Source: Trichodelitschia bisporula
Lineage: Eukaryota
Assembly (NCBI GenBank): GCA_010356995.1
Contig: ML996697.1
Coordinates: 182,153-246,152 of the forward strand
DNA: 64,000 bases
Direction: 5' to 3'
Below the pieces are notes generated by a model. The model did not search any database. It worked only from the letters and a program-made list of their open reading frames with translations, and was not told where the DNA came from. Made by a program: the position numbers and the translations under genes. Shown here in pieces: positions 45,871 to 58,646 of the stretch; position 1 is the stretch's first letter; every line of letters starts with the position of its first letter.

Positions 45871-48140
45871 CTACACTAATGCGATTAGACGCCGGCATGG
45901 GCTTGCTGCTAGCCATGCCTTCTCGTTGATCTCGCCAATATTGACCCTTCTGCATGTCCCATCGCTATGCCGCTCGAGCTGCAGTGCCAAAACCATTGGC
46001 ATAATGTCAGGGATCTCATCAATAGCACGTCTGGCGATGAGGGCAAACTCATGTGTGCCATTATCGTATCCGCCGGATTCCCAGTGCTCATCTAGCATTT
46101 GATTGGTATTTCCAATGACATTACCCGTGGCATCGAGGATGTCCGGATTTCCCTTGATGGTGGAGTACAAAGTGCTTGGATTCCCTCCACGCAAAGTGAA
46201 CGTGGCAGTGTCCGTCCAGAAGAAAATAACATATTCATCGGGATATTCGAAGAGGGACCCAGCGGCAAGACTTGGCAGTTGGGAAACGACGTTGTCCCAG
46301 GTCACCGGATCGTCGATCACGGACTCTTGGGAGACTGGCTCGATGGTGAGCGGATCGCTCTTGTGGACATGGCATCTGATGTTCGGGTTTTCGGTCTCCA
46401 ACCTCTCCTTGCGCACACCGACGTTCACCTCTCCAATCCACCCCATCCACGACCAGCTTGGGAATGTGACGCGCCCGTGCTTTGAAGTCACAGGCAAGGT
46501 CGATAGGACTGCTCGCCGCTTCTGCCCGGTGAAGGTATCCCATGCCATGCCAATGTCGAACCGGCTCCGCGGGATTCCCCAGTGAAATTGCTCGCCCGAG
46601 ATGCGCTGAAAGGCTCTGGTGATGCCGGTGAACGCATCACTGATATCACCCTCGAAGGAAAATTGCCGTTGGGTAAATCGTCTCACCAAAATCTGATACT
46701 GGCTCCAGGTCCTCTCGGATGAGTCGCCGACCTCGCCAAAGTTTAGAAACGTGCGTTGTACGGTCAATTCGTTACCAAGGCTGGAGAAGGAGCGGAACCT
46801 GGGCTCCGAAAGCTCAAAATAGGATTCCTCGCAAAATGCCGCTTCCATGCATCCCCAGTATATTTGCTCAGACGTGAAGACCAGTGCACGGCGTGAGAGG
46901 GCTCGCTCCTGCATTGTCCACCCCCGTCGACCCCACATTGTTGTATCGGTGTAGTGACCGCCGCTGAGGATGTTGGAATATATGGTCGTCATGAAGGATA
47001 ACCCATCTCTGAAGCCTGGCTCACTGCTGCCTGGCTCGATCACCACTATTTCTTGCTGCAAGAAGAAGCGAGTGTTCGGTCGGAGACCTGGTAATCCGGC
47101 GGAAGCGTCGGGGCCCGCGGCGGCCACGATTGTCAAGTATGCGGCGCCGTATATGGCGTGCATGTTGGAGATTTGCACGACTTTGTCGGCGTCGCTATCC
47201 TGAAGGATGCAAAGAGCGTCAACCCAAATATATTCAATGCCGAGTTTCAGGGCCAATTCCCGGGCGTCTGAGATGGTCAAAGCAACCGACTCGTCCTGGA
47301 GGGCTCCTGGCTTTTGAAGCTCTTCGATGTTACCGCTTGTTGCCTTCAACTTTTGCGATGCGCCCCATACGTAGCTGAGGGCTGCATATTTGACCGTGTC
47401 TAGCTTCACGGAGTCCATCGTCACGACGCATTGACGGTTGGTGTCAATCATGCGCACGCTGGATACCCTACACTGTATCAGTCACAAGCTCTGACATATC
47501 GTCAAACTTACAGAAACTGATCAGACTCTTCAGAATCTCGGCAGAGCTGGTGGCACTCTTCTGTATCGCAAATACGAATCCACTCTCGAATCCAATCCAG
47601 GTTGGCAACAAGCGGTCTCCGCCGACCGCCAAAGACCATTTGATCAACATCTGGTCTTGGGTCCCGAAATGACCCGTCTACCTGGACGGAAAGGGCTCCA
47701 ACGTTGCAAAGTTGGAAACAGTCGTCGAAGTACCCCTCTGGATACCAGGAATAGTCTTCGCCATCGACTGTCAGTGTCACCTGAAGTCGCCGGACAGCTA
47801 AGTTTTCGTGTTTGGCGAAGGAGAACCTCCCATATGCATGGCGATAGAACGTTACGTGGAATTCCTTTCCGTCCAATGATGTGCCTTTCTGCAAGTCGGT
47901 GACACCGCGTCTTTCAATCATCTGCCAAATCAAAGCACATAGGCGACATCTGTGCGTCCGGTCTTTCAACTCGGACAGCAGCCCGACTATACGGCTTGGA
48001 GTGTACATCGACTTAAACGGCGGCAGGTCGTCTCGAGAATTTGCATCTTCCAGGACAGCAGAGAGATCTGAAAGAGTTGGGTATCGGAAGGCCTGGAATG
48101 GGATTTGCTGGCAGATGGTGCACAAGGACGGCGAAGCCAT
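45871..48140 (-). CDS. HET-domain (heterokaryon incompatibility, PF06985-type) protein, 741 aa
   Basis: Exons 48140-47512 and 47467-45871; YAALSYVWG, TISDA, YIWVDALCILQD, MHAIYGAAYLTIVAA, RRGWTMQE...LSRR, FPSWSWMGW; N-terminal CxxC pairs. Confidence 0.93.
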
Positions 48141-48731
48141 GTTGGACGGTGAATGTCTGAAGATTCTCAGCGAAATTTAACCCCATATTACGAATACATC
48201 CACACCTTTATACGGATGTATGGCGAGCCTTTTGCCTAATCGACTCGTTGTCAAGACCGACTTGAGGCCGCCCAAGCTTGGCCTTGGAGGGGTCAAGATT
48301 GCAGCCACACTCGACGTTCCGGTGGCTAATCACAGGTTGTCATTGCACCGCCCAGTACATGCGCTTGTCACCGACTGTGGCGATGCTTCTTTTAACACCA
48401 TGTGATGGCATGCGGAACGAAGACACCTAGAAAAGCAAAGTTTCCACGAAAAAAAGGAAGCGATGGTCTACCGCAGTTCAAGGAGCCGAAGTGACAGACT
48501 CCCCATTTTCTATGAGCATTAAGTTACCGTACGCCCAGTTATGCTCAACTCCGCAGCTGAACCCCGATCCATCAAGATTATAGGCACCATGCGCCGCCCA
48601 TTGCCCCGCGGCACGCTGATGATTGTACTCTCCCATGCATCCCTCGTTGCGCCTGCCCGAATGGAGAAAAAGCCCGCACATCCAGCCTGTTCCGAGAACG
48701 CCGAAACCCCTTCCGAAAGTCGCCAGGGCCG

Positions 48732-50845
48732 CTACTGCTTGGTAGGAACCCGGCGCAGCACAAAAACGGCAACCTCGATGCCATCCGTTGGATCGGGACC
48801 CTCGTAGTTGCGCTTGTTCAAATCTTCGATGAACTGAACCGTCAGCGCCTCAGCAGAGACATGCTCCTGCTGGCGCTCTGGCAACCTGACCTCGCGGAAA
48901 TTATCGACCGAGTTCCGCCACTGGTGCGAGTGGACGGGACTCGGCCCGGGCCGCACAGTGGTCAAGCGCGTTGTGAGGCCTTTGCGGAAAGCGGCGGTGA
49001 TATTGGCCCGTTCCTGGTGCGACCACCACTGTATCCAGTCCCTTTTTTGCAGGCGTACCACATCAGTGTCCTCATAGACAACTTCCAAGACACCCCCACC
49101 CGCAGTTTGCAGCTCGCGCGCAAGGTCGGCGATGCCTGTTGCCATTTGCGCGAACTCGGGCATGGGAATCAAAACGTTCATTCCGTTGTCAATGGCTGCG
49201 GCCGTGTCGCTCGGAAGCGTGTGCGTGGTAACGAGCTGGCGGAGCAGGGGCTCGATAAGGGGCTTCAAGTAAGATTTGGTAAAGGTTGTGGCTCCAGTTT
49301 TCGTCGGGTACATGAAAACGAGAACTCCATCGTCCGTTAACTCACAGATACGGTCCTTCAAAAACGAGTTCTTCGAGTCGACACTGAATAGATCCGCAAA
49401 CTCCGTTTCGGAAGATGGGGTAATGTAGCGCTCAATGACGGTCCAGTTCATGGAGCCGGGCGCGACGGCTGGTCGAGCTCTGAAACCGTAGGGAAACGGA
49501 TTGTGGATATGTTCAGGAAGTGAAAGCGGAGCCAGCATGTTGTAAATGCCTACAGTTTGGTTCAGTGAATCCGGCCCATCAATGGCTCCCATCCCCGAAT
49601 GCAAAAACCAAGGACGCGGAGGTTCAGCCGTGAGGCCTTGACCGGACATTCCATGGCAGACATTAACGGCTCGCGGCCTTTTTGACGCCGCGATATGGTG
49701 CAGGAGGTCGACGCACGCTGGAGGCGTGCAATCTTGGCCCGACAGGCCTGGCAAGCTGTGTGAAAAGACTGCAAGAACTGCTCTCTGCTGTTGCGAAAGG
49801 TCGTACACGCCGGCGTTCACTGTAGTGGAGTCAAGGGACTGCTCGAAGGCACGTACGGGAGGATATTAGGGGTCTTACGCATCGCATTTTCAGCTACTTT
49901 AAGCCAAGAGGCATCGCCGGAGCCTGGACTACGATCCGATTGACGGCCTTTAACAAGCCGGGGAGGTGTAGCGTCAGGGGACATGGCGCGATTGAGATGT
50001 GAAGTAGGAGTGGAGCTGCGGTCGCGAGTGGTATCTGAAGCGGGAGTGGGGGTGAGGTTGCGGTCTGGAGGTGGCGATGTTGGGATTTGGACGGGTACCA
50101 CAGCTTTCGGAACAGATGGCGATGTGCCCCAGTTGAGCTCCCTATCGTCGGATGGAGGTGTTTGCGGACCTTGAAGGCGCTGAAGTGAGCGTTCGATTAG
50201 ATATGCAGGCGCAAGGCTTTGCTGCGATGAAAAACAATCGTCCCCCAGTTCGTCGTCAAGGTGGCCACGGAAACGTGATGTTCGAGCAGAGAAAGCCGCG
50301 CCCCGCGAGTCGGCAGCGATATAATGGGTAGGCAATGGGGCCCAACGAGTAAAGCCGGGACGGCGATGGGCTGTCGCGTTCACAGGTATCGCCGAGCGTA
50401 CCGCCGAGTGTGCCGCCGAGTGCGTAGTCGTCACCTCACGATGCTTGGAAACCGAGCTGACAAAATGGGCTTGCGCTTCAAGCGGGTCCAAGTAAATTCT
50501 GTCTTTTTCGCAACCAGAGAAGATTGGTGTCGTTGTCTCTGCTGTTGCCCAAGTGGATTCGCGCAAGGACTCGTTGACGTCGGTCTCGCGAACTCTGCAA
50601 CCTCTGGACACTGAGACTTCCAAGGGTGCAGCTTCATTTTCCGAGGCTGTAGAGGTGCTTGACTCTGGCTGGCTTGCTTCCGTTAATGCCCCTCCCGCAG
50701 ACTCTACAGAGAGGAGTTTCGTCGTTTGAAAATTCTGGAGAACTGGCAGATTGTGGCAGGCGGGAGCGAAGGATTTTTGCATCACTGGGCTGCTGTTGAG
50801 ATCTGCATAAGGCGTACGGCTACCTTGAGCATTGGCTGTACGCAC
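48732..50845 (-). CDS. Hypothetical fungal protein (Ser/Pro-rich N-terminal half, globular C-terminal half); 5' exons unresolved
   Basis: Two ORFs joined in frame by intron 49878-49820 (GTAAGA...CTACAG); C-terminal half IERYITPSS, FMYPTKTG, IEVAVFVLRR; an acceptor CAG just upstream of 50845 implies further upstream exon(s). Confidence 0.75.
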
Positions 50846-53800
50846 CGCTGATCATAGAGAGGAGCTGGTAAGTGACCTGACGTTCGACGGGTGATATGCT
50901 GTGAGCTGCTAACTTCATATAGCGAGATGTCCACGGGCGAAAATGGCCCACTTGTGAGCAACAGGTGAACGTTTAATGACCACTGGGCTTAGGAGCCATA
51001 AGAGGGGAAGAGTAGATGGCCAAATGGTCTAGGCCTTTGAGGACGAGGAGGGGACGGGCTTTTGTCGGCCTAGAACGCCGTCCAAGCAACGTTAAGTTTG
51101 ATGAAAAGAGGTAGGGTAAAGGAGGTGGGGAGCGACTTTGACTTGAGCAGGAGAATCAGAAACGGTTGTGACTGTTACAACTCTTTAGTAGAGTCGGCCA
51201 CCGCAGTCGCTCCAGCAAAGAAGTGAGAAGCGAGTGGAAGGATCGCAGTCCAGAGTCCAGTGTACCCTCTTCAGTTCTCACATGAGCCTGGGCCGGACCG
51301 GCCGAGAGTCTGCACAGCTGCTTGGGTTCAGAGGAGGGGAGGGAAGGGGAGGGGGAGGGGAGACGAGGGGTCGGCAAGATGGAGATGCAGCGAGCGGAAG
51401 CTCCCTAAGAAGAGCCTTCCAACGGCCGGACACGATGGACATGAGGGATGAGTGGACGGGTTCGAGGGAAGAGACTGCAAGCAGAGGTTTTTGGAAGCCC
51501 AGAGATTCGTTCTGTGTGCCAGTCCATGCCTCACCAGCGGTCCCGAACGTGAGTATTCCCTGCAGTCCCAGGCAACCAGCAGGTTGCAACTGCAGTGCAG
51601 AAGCAATGGATAAGCAGCAACAGCAATACTTAAAGGGACGGACGCAGTAGAGAAAGCGGGTAGTTTGAAGGATAGCAAACAATAAAAGTGAGTAATGGAG
51701 AAAACGACGTGCGGAGTGGGAACGAGAGCCGACGAATTAGGATGGATGTGCAAAACGATGCCCATGAGGGGACAATGTTACCATCAAAGGTCAGAGCAGT
51801 GGACGAGAGGCCAGAGTAGTCGAGAGGGGCCGCCCGTCGGTAGCAGTTAGTGGGCCCTACTACAGTGAGGGTCCATGCCCGCTAATACCACAGTAGGGTA
51901 CCGTAGACAACATAGGCACTCGCAACCCTTCATATATCTCCGATGGAAGGTAGCAAAGGGCTGGATACCGCAAGTGAAGCTCTCCCACACCATCCCCTCC
52001 TCCACCACTCCCCTTCATCATTCACACCATCACCACCGCCGACGAAGTACTCATCCACTAGCAAGCCTGCAGTGTGGGTGAGTGAGCTGTGGCTGCACGG
52101 CCGGCTGCCACGGCTACCAACCTGCTGCCGCCGCATAAGGCCTCGACCGCGATGGCCCAAACCTCTCCACATTCCTGCAGACAGCAAGCCAACCCCACGT
52201 CGGTCAGTGGAGAGGCGTGGCTTGGGACAACCTTTGAACCACACCGCGTCCAGCCGGCCTCTAGGATTGGTTCGGCTGCTTGTGCGCGGCCGCTGCCGTT
52301 GTCGCCCTGTCGGACCTTGGGGACGATTTTGTGTTGAGATTTCCGATGACCATAGTAGTAAAACGCCATCATCTTATTTTTGGAATGATATGGTTCGATG
52401 CTGTTTCCGCTTGAACGTCTAGCCGAATAGGAAGCCTTGGACCCACGAAAAGCCACAGCCGCCACGCGCCATTCGAGGCGGGGGAAACACAAACGAATTA
52501 GCTGGCCGTAATACGTAGTAGTTTTCTTTTGAGGGGGGAGGGCATGATCGAAAATCGAGATGCTCAGCACAATCATTATTTTGGTGATCGTCGTCCAAGA
52601 AAACTGGTGCTCTTTGGCCCGAGTCGAGGTTGCAGGGTGGGCCGTTCCTAGCGGGTTAGACCCGACGTGGGTGCAAAAAGCCATCGAATGATATTGGAAT
52701 GTTCACCCGCCTTCATACCCATCCTGAGGAACAACAAGTAGTTCCAACCGAGTAAAAAAATGCCAAAAAGTCTCCACATGGAGTTCCTGGACTTCTCGAT
52801 GGTTGCAAGGGCCTGGATTGTCCATATGGGGAATGGAGTACCGGTACGGCTACCGAATATGAAATGAGGCGCCAGCACCGTGAATACCATAGCACGGGTA
52901 ACGGAAGTCCGAGCTCCCGAGGAAATACCGTATTTCTGAATCGATTTTCTCCGATAGGATAAACGCCCACCTGTTCGGCTAGGCAAAAGAGTTCTCGACT
53001 CCCCATCGGAATGTAAGCCGCCCATGCCCTCCTCCAAGAACGGGTGAATACGTACCTCGCCCACACACCACCACGATACTACGTGGAAGGAGACAGAAGT
53101 GAAATGAAAGGGGTTAACTGCTCTCATCCCTCGCGCGCGCACAGTTGTGCAGCTCGTGTTCTGCTTCTGCTGGGTCGGCAGGTCGCATAACGTATCCCAC
53201 TCTTGTGACATGTCCGTGGCCGGGTCGGAAGCGGTCCAGACTCTCAAAGCCTGGGGACGCCAGTCAAGATGCAGAGGGCCAGAGGGACAGAGGGACAGCT
53301 GGGGATCCAGACGCTCGTTCTGTAAGACCGCCACTTTACTCTTCCTCTCCAACAGATCTAACCACTGGCGTAACCGTTAAGGGACCCTTGCAAAGCATTG
53401 CTCATCGTGGTGTGGTTGTGCGTCGGAAAAGCGGGCTTATCTCTTCGCCTGTGGCATGGGCGTATGCTTGCCAACGCCTTCCGTGTCGATGGGATGTCAG
53501 AACTTCCATATTGAACCATGCCAAAGTGAAAAGGCTTGCAAACTAATGCCATGATCGCGTTTAGCTCCACGATCAAGATGTGTGGGGAGACGTCGGGAGT
53601 TTTCTGTCATTCCGACCCCCCTTGCTGACCTTGATTCCAACGCGCGCGCTCACCGCGACGCCACGACGCCACGGCAAGCGGACTTCAATTACCGATGGTA
53701 ACCTCGCTGGAGATCAGAGGGGAATGCGCTCGACGTCAGCTATCGAGAAGTTGGGGGAGTCACGCGAGTTGACTCGCTTCCGTAAACATCCGAATCACGA

Positions 53801-55152
53801 CATCATGTACCGTTCTTCAGCAGCTTACATCTCATAGTTGCATCCAAAAGGCGCACTACTTTCTCGGCGACTCCTCTCCATCTGACTAACAAGATGTCTC
53901 TTGTCGGGCTTTTCAGACTATCGCAACACTCCACACCCACGACACCCTCTCCCGTTCGCCGAGACGTGCGTGCAGCAGCGTTTCCATGAGCCCGAGGGCC
54001 ACCTGGAAAGGTCATGGCCGCCTCGTGTGAGGGTCTTTGCGGACCAGGACGGCCACGAGTTTTTCGGGTGGCCCTTGACCCACTGAGCCCAAGCCCATGG
54101 CACTGCAGGTGATGCTGCATTGCTGCACCTCGAGACACAGCTCCTTCGCTCGATCTGTCGTGCTGCGTCCATACCCTCAATTTTCGCCTCAAACTGACCA
54201 ACTATTGAAGCGATTCAGGCAGGGCGTGTCGAGCGGGCCACGGAGCTGGATCCGCATATCTTGGAAGGTGCGTCTGCGTCCAAAACGCAACCGGACCGGA
54301 TCGGATTCGGATGGCAATGCGAAGTTGAAGGTAAGCCGAACAGGCTGACCCGAATCTCAGCTTCGACTATTCTCAAATAGTATAAGGTTGCTATCTGCAG
54401 CATTGCTGCCGATATACGCTGCTTCTAAGCTCATGAGTATCTGGGTGAAAGAAGCCTTTTCGGTCCCGATCTCCAGATCACCTCCATGTCTGGTGAGCTA
54501 CTGTTTACATAGCTTGCCACTCTTGCCCATCCGGAGGCCAAATGAGTGGATTGAATCCACAGAGAGACGCTTTATTGGCTTGGTGATGAATGAAAGAGGA
54601 TCTTTGCGAATGACTCGAACTGAATAGATCTATCGCGTCGACCATCGATGAGCCAAACGATCGACTCATCCAACCCCGGATTGCCGTTGTGCTTATGACT
54701 CCAAGCCGTCTATCGTCACCGGTCAGCTCAATGCGTATTGGAGATGAGGATTTCTTCCCCACAACTTGCGCTGGTCTGTCATGCCATTCACCGCTCAGAT
54801 AAGCCCCCACATGGAAGGTTAGGCCTACCAGCCACTTGTGGCTGCCTGCCTGGCGTCGATATGCGGAGTACGTACGGTACATGCTATTTTAGCTCTCGGC
54901 AGCGTCAAGAAATCCTCTCATACTACAGTACCTTCCTGTTCTGCTCGATACGCGGTGATTGCTTCAGGGTTACCGCTGCTGGAGGAATGACTGGACTAGC
55001 AAACTCATCGACTCATTCAGACCACAAAGGACCCGACTTCATCGCCCCGTATCCCTATCCTAACACTCGCACTTGCTTATTTGTCTTTAGACGCTATCTG
55101 GGTCCATATCAAACATTGCACGTCGACTACACTCCGTGGAATAGCTGACAAC

Positions 55153-58100
55153 ATGGCAGCTCAGGAGATCCAAGATTTGCTCATCATGGTGGATGCCACC
55201 GCCTCCATGTCGAATTATCTCAGAGCGCTGCAAAAGTCGCTTCCTCAAATCCTCTCCATATCTGCACTGACTGGCTGCTTCTCTCGCATTGGAGTGCTCG
55301 CGTACCGGGATTACTGCGACGATAACCTGCTCGAGTGGTCCGGATGGCTCAACTGTGATGCAGCGCCGGGGACTGCGCAGCCGAACCTCATTGCATTTGC
55401 CAATAACCTGTATGCGGACGGTGGAGGCGACGCGCCAGAAGCCACGAAAACGGGGCTCGCCCGGGCGTACCAGGAGATGCGGACGGAAGCATTGACGATC
55501 CTTCTATTCTACACCGATGCCCCTCCTCATGTCCCGGCCAATAGTGGCCCGTACTCTAACCATGCCTCCGAGCTGCGCGCACTCAATACAGAGGGAAGCT
55601 TTGGAGGTACTGGCCACCTCTTTGCGGACTGGGTATCGGCATGTCGAACTCTTCGGTATGGTGAGAAGAGGGCGAAGGTATTTTGCACCCTCGCGCCGTG
55701 GATGGGCGGCAGCGACTGGGGCTACTACGCGTTTCTCTCCACCATCACCGGCGGGGCATGCTTCTTCCTCAAAAACGAAAACCCGGTCACCATTTCGGAG
55801 GTTACTATCGGCGTGCTTCTCGCCTGGATGGGTGTCGAAAAGGCTGGGGCGGAAGAGGTCAAACTCTCTGCGGATATGTCTCGATATATTTCCGTCGATG
55901 ATATCAAGAATATCCAAAACGAGGAGGACAGCACCGCAAGCAAGTTCTTTGTGGCCAAGAGCTACTCAAGGTCCAGCCAGTCAGTTGGAAGCAACACCAC
56001 AAGGATACAGCTAGCCGGAGATGTAATGAAGAAACACCTGCCGAAGAAGTCGTCGCCGCTCCAGGACTTTGCAAAGAGGTATACCACTGATGAGGCTTAC
56101 AAGAAGATTGTGGCCACTCAGCTCAGGAAGATTATTGAGCATGACGTTCTCGCAATCTCGCTGAATCCCGTCTTTGGCAGCCTCTGGCGTGCCGTGTCCA
56201 ATGACCGCACGAATCCTGACCGGGACGAGCTCATTTCGGCCTTTGGCCTCGCTGTGGAGCGTATTGATCAGGGTGAAGAGAAGCAGAGGATGAAGACCTG
56301 GCTTGAGCAGTCTTATGACTATACTGCGGAAGTTTTGGAACTCATCGAATTGGTCCCGGTCGACCAACGCTTCCCATGCGTTTTCTTGGATCCAACACTT
56401 GATTTCGCTGCTGCGCCTTCCAAGGATGAAGCGGACGAGGAAGAAAACGACGTCCCCATCACCAAGTTCCGGCGCGATGAGCTTTTGGAGATTGGCCGCT
56501 CTTGCGATTACCGAATTCTCCGCAGGCTCGGCAAGATCCTCACCCAGCTCACTTTCGTGAATTCCGCGGACCAAATGCCGGCTCACATTGCGAGCATGGA
56601 CGACAAGGACGTGCCCAAGATTCCGCTGGCTCTTGCCCACTCAGATTACAAGCGGAAGTTCTGGGGTATCCTTTTGCACGTTGTGGTTCCGGGAACCATG
56701 CTGGGCCCTCGTCCGGCGACGTTGTTGGCGGCGCTGAGCCTTCATCTGGGGATCCGGCCCCTCGAATCCGCCGCAGTCCAGCAAATGCTCGCGTGGCGGG
56801 ATAAGTGGAATACTCTCGAGATCCCGGAAACTTGGAATACTAGCTGCCTCAGCCTACTTTTGGATGCAGACCTTGCGTACACTAAACTGCGGGACGAGGC
56901 CCGTCCTGTTGCGGAGGGAAACCCGAAAAGCCTCCTAAAGCCGAGTGACCGCAAGTTGTTCGAAATCTTGGTCTCCTACAAGCTTCTTGAGATGAACATG
57001 CTCACAACATTGTCGGCTAAAGTCGGTTGGACCCCGGACAAGACGCCGATGGCGATCGGCCCGCTCGTTATCTGCAAACGCTGCAAACTTCCCCGCTCAG
57101 TCACCATCATGGGGCTCAATCAGGCCTGTGGACTTTGCCTCGTCAAGGACTGGGGTTCCGAAGAAGTCCGCCAAAAGTCGCTCGCTCGGCGCGTCAGCAA
57201 AGATGATACTGAAGCATCCACGGCGATATGGGTGGAATGCGCCGATCGAACCTGCCGAGGCCAGTATGTGGTTTACAATACGGAAGCCTTGAATGTCAGG
57301 GCCAAATGCCACTACTGCAGGAACCAGCAGAAGGCGCCGTTGCTGGAATGCAAGAAGTGCCTGAATCACATGATCTATCCCGACAAATACCGTCCGGCCG
57401 GTCTCGATGTCTCGAAGTTCCACTGCGTGGCCTGCACAGTCGGGTCCCCTACCTCCATCATCGACGTGGAGACCACGGCTGACGAACTCACCAAAGAAAA
57501 TGGTACAGCCTGGCTCCTCATGAACCAAAACCAAAAGATCGCAGAGCCCTTCTCCAAGCGCACCCTCTTCCATGTCATCTCCACCGCCGGCACCGCCGAT
57601 TTCGCCACTCTCGTCTCCCTCTTCCCCCCTACTTCAACCCCACTTACCCTCAACCGCAAGCCCATCCACAACACCCCCGCCCTGATCGCCGAACTAGAAC
57701 CCTGGATCACCCGCCGCCGCACCCAACGCTCCACCTGCAGCCTCTGCTTCACCTCCCACCGGCCCGCCGATCTGAACGCCGCCTGCAGCCGCCGCGGCTG
57801 CTCCCAGCCCATCTGCCGCACCTGCCTGTCCTCCTGGTACGGCCTCAACAAACCCGGCAGCATCATCAACCCGTCCGCGCTGACCTGTCCCTTCTGTCGC
57901 CGGCACCCCGCGCCCAAGACGCTGACCGCGTACGGCATGGGCATCCACACGGTGGGTGATCTGCGGACTGCGCTCGGGGAGCGTGGCGAATGGATCCATG
58001 CCTGGTGCGCGCAGTGCGGGTTTGCGCGGAGGTTTGCCGAGCGTGCGTGTGCACGGGGTGCGCCGCCTGAGGTGCGGGGTTGGGTGTGCGAGGGGTGTGT

Positions 58101-58452
58101 CGAGGAGAATGCGCGGGTGGCGAGGGAGGAAGCGGAGCGGCTGGAGGTGCTGGCGCTAGCAGCGCGAGATGATGCTGAGGCTGCGAGGAGGGCGGAGGGG
58201 GCGCGGAGGGCGATGGATAGGGCGCTTGCAAAGGTGCCGGTTTTGGAGAGGAAGAAGTGTCCCGAATGTGGGATTCAGACGGAGAAGGCGGGTGGCTGTC
58301 ATCATATGGAGTGTTTTTGTGGGACACATTGGTGCTGGTTCTGTGGGGATAAGCAAGACTCGGCTACGATCTACGAGCACATGGACCGGAAGCACGGGGG
58401 TATGTTTGCAGGAGAGGCTGGATATGGGAGTGATGACGATGATGATTATTAG
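55153..58452 (+). CDS. Intronless 1099-aa vWA + multiple zinc finger + RING + RBR-type RING2 (Rcat) protein, putative E3 ubiquitin ligase
   Basis: MIDAS DATASM, GGGDAPEA, YTDAPPH; CxxC clusters; RING CSLC..C..C..CRTC..CPFC; C-terminal CPECGIQTEKAGGCHHMECFCGTHWCWFC. Confidence 0.88.
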   Translation: MAAQEIQDLLIMVDATASMSNYLRALQKSLPQILSISALTGCFSRIGVLAYRDYCDDNLLEWSGWLNCDAAPGTAQPNLIAFANNLYADGGGDAPEATKTGLARAYQEMRTEALTILLFYTDAPPHVPANSGPYSNHASELRALNTEGSFGGTGHLFADWVSACRTLRYGEKRAKVFCTLAPWMGGSDWGYYAFLSTITGGACFFLKNENPVTISEVTIGVLLAWMGVEKAGAEEVKLSADMSRYISVDDIKNIQNEEDSTASKFFVAKSYSRSSQSVGSNTTRIQLAGDVMKKHLPKKSSPLQDFAKRYTTDEAYKKIVATQLRKIIEHDVLAISLNPVFGSLWRAVSNDRTNPDRDELISAFGLAVERIDQGEEKQRMKTWLEQSYDYTAEVLELIELVPVDQRFPCVFLDPTLDFAAAPSKDEADEEENDVPITKFRRDELLEIGRSCDYRILRRLGKILTQLTFVNSADQMPAHIASMDDKDVPKIPLALAHSDYKRKFWGILLHVVVPGTMLGPRPATLLAALSLHLGIRPLESAAVQQMLAWRDKWNTLEIPETWNTSCLSLLLDADLAYTKLRDEARPVAEGNPKSLLKPSDRKLFEILVSYKLLEMNMLTTLSAKVGWTPDKTPMAIGPLVICKRCKLPRSVTIMGLNQACGLCLVKDWGSEEVRQKSLARRVSKDDTEASTAIWVECADRTCRGQYVVYNTEALNVRAKCHYCRNQQKAPLLECKKCLNHMIYPDKYRPAGLDVSKFHCVACTVGSPTSIIDVETTADELTKENGTAWLLMNQNQKIAEPFSKRTLFHVISTAGTADFATLVSLFPPTSTPLTLNRKPIHNTPALIAELEPWITRRRTQRSTCSLCFTSHRPADLNAACSRRGCSQPICRTCLSSWYGLNKPGSIINPSALTCPFCRRHPAPKTLTAYGMGIHTVGDLRTALGERGEWIHAWCAQCGFARRFAERACARGAPPEVRGWVCEGCVEENARVAREEAERLEVLALAARDDAEAARRAEGARRAMDRALAKVPVLERKKCPECGIQTEKAGGCHHMECFCGTHWCWFCGDKQDSATIYEHMDRKHGGMFAGEAGYGSDDDDDY

Positions 58453-58646
58453 GTCCCCGGGCCGGAAGTAAGTAGGTCTCTCCTGCGGACATGGTTCTCA
58501 TGAATAGTTATGAATCTTCTTGGTATACATGTTACATGCCTTCGTGACGGAGAGGCAGCAAGATGCTCATTTCTCCCTGGTTACTCGCGCCTAATGAGTT
58601 TCGCTCTAGAGGGTATCTTAACACACGCCCAATGCCAACAACATGA

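Noticed and set aside
49817..49878. Apparent frameshift or overlap between two adjacent ORFs
   Set aside because: Resolved by an ordinary 59-nt GT-AG intron
52058..53352. 208-aa and 234-aa minus-strand ORFs
   Set aside because: Atypical composition, no motifs or codon bias; probably intergenic
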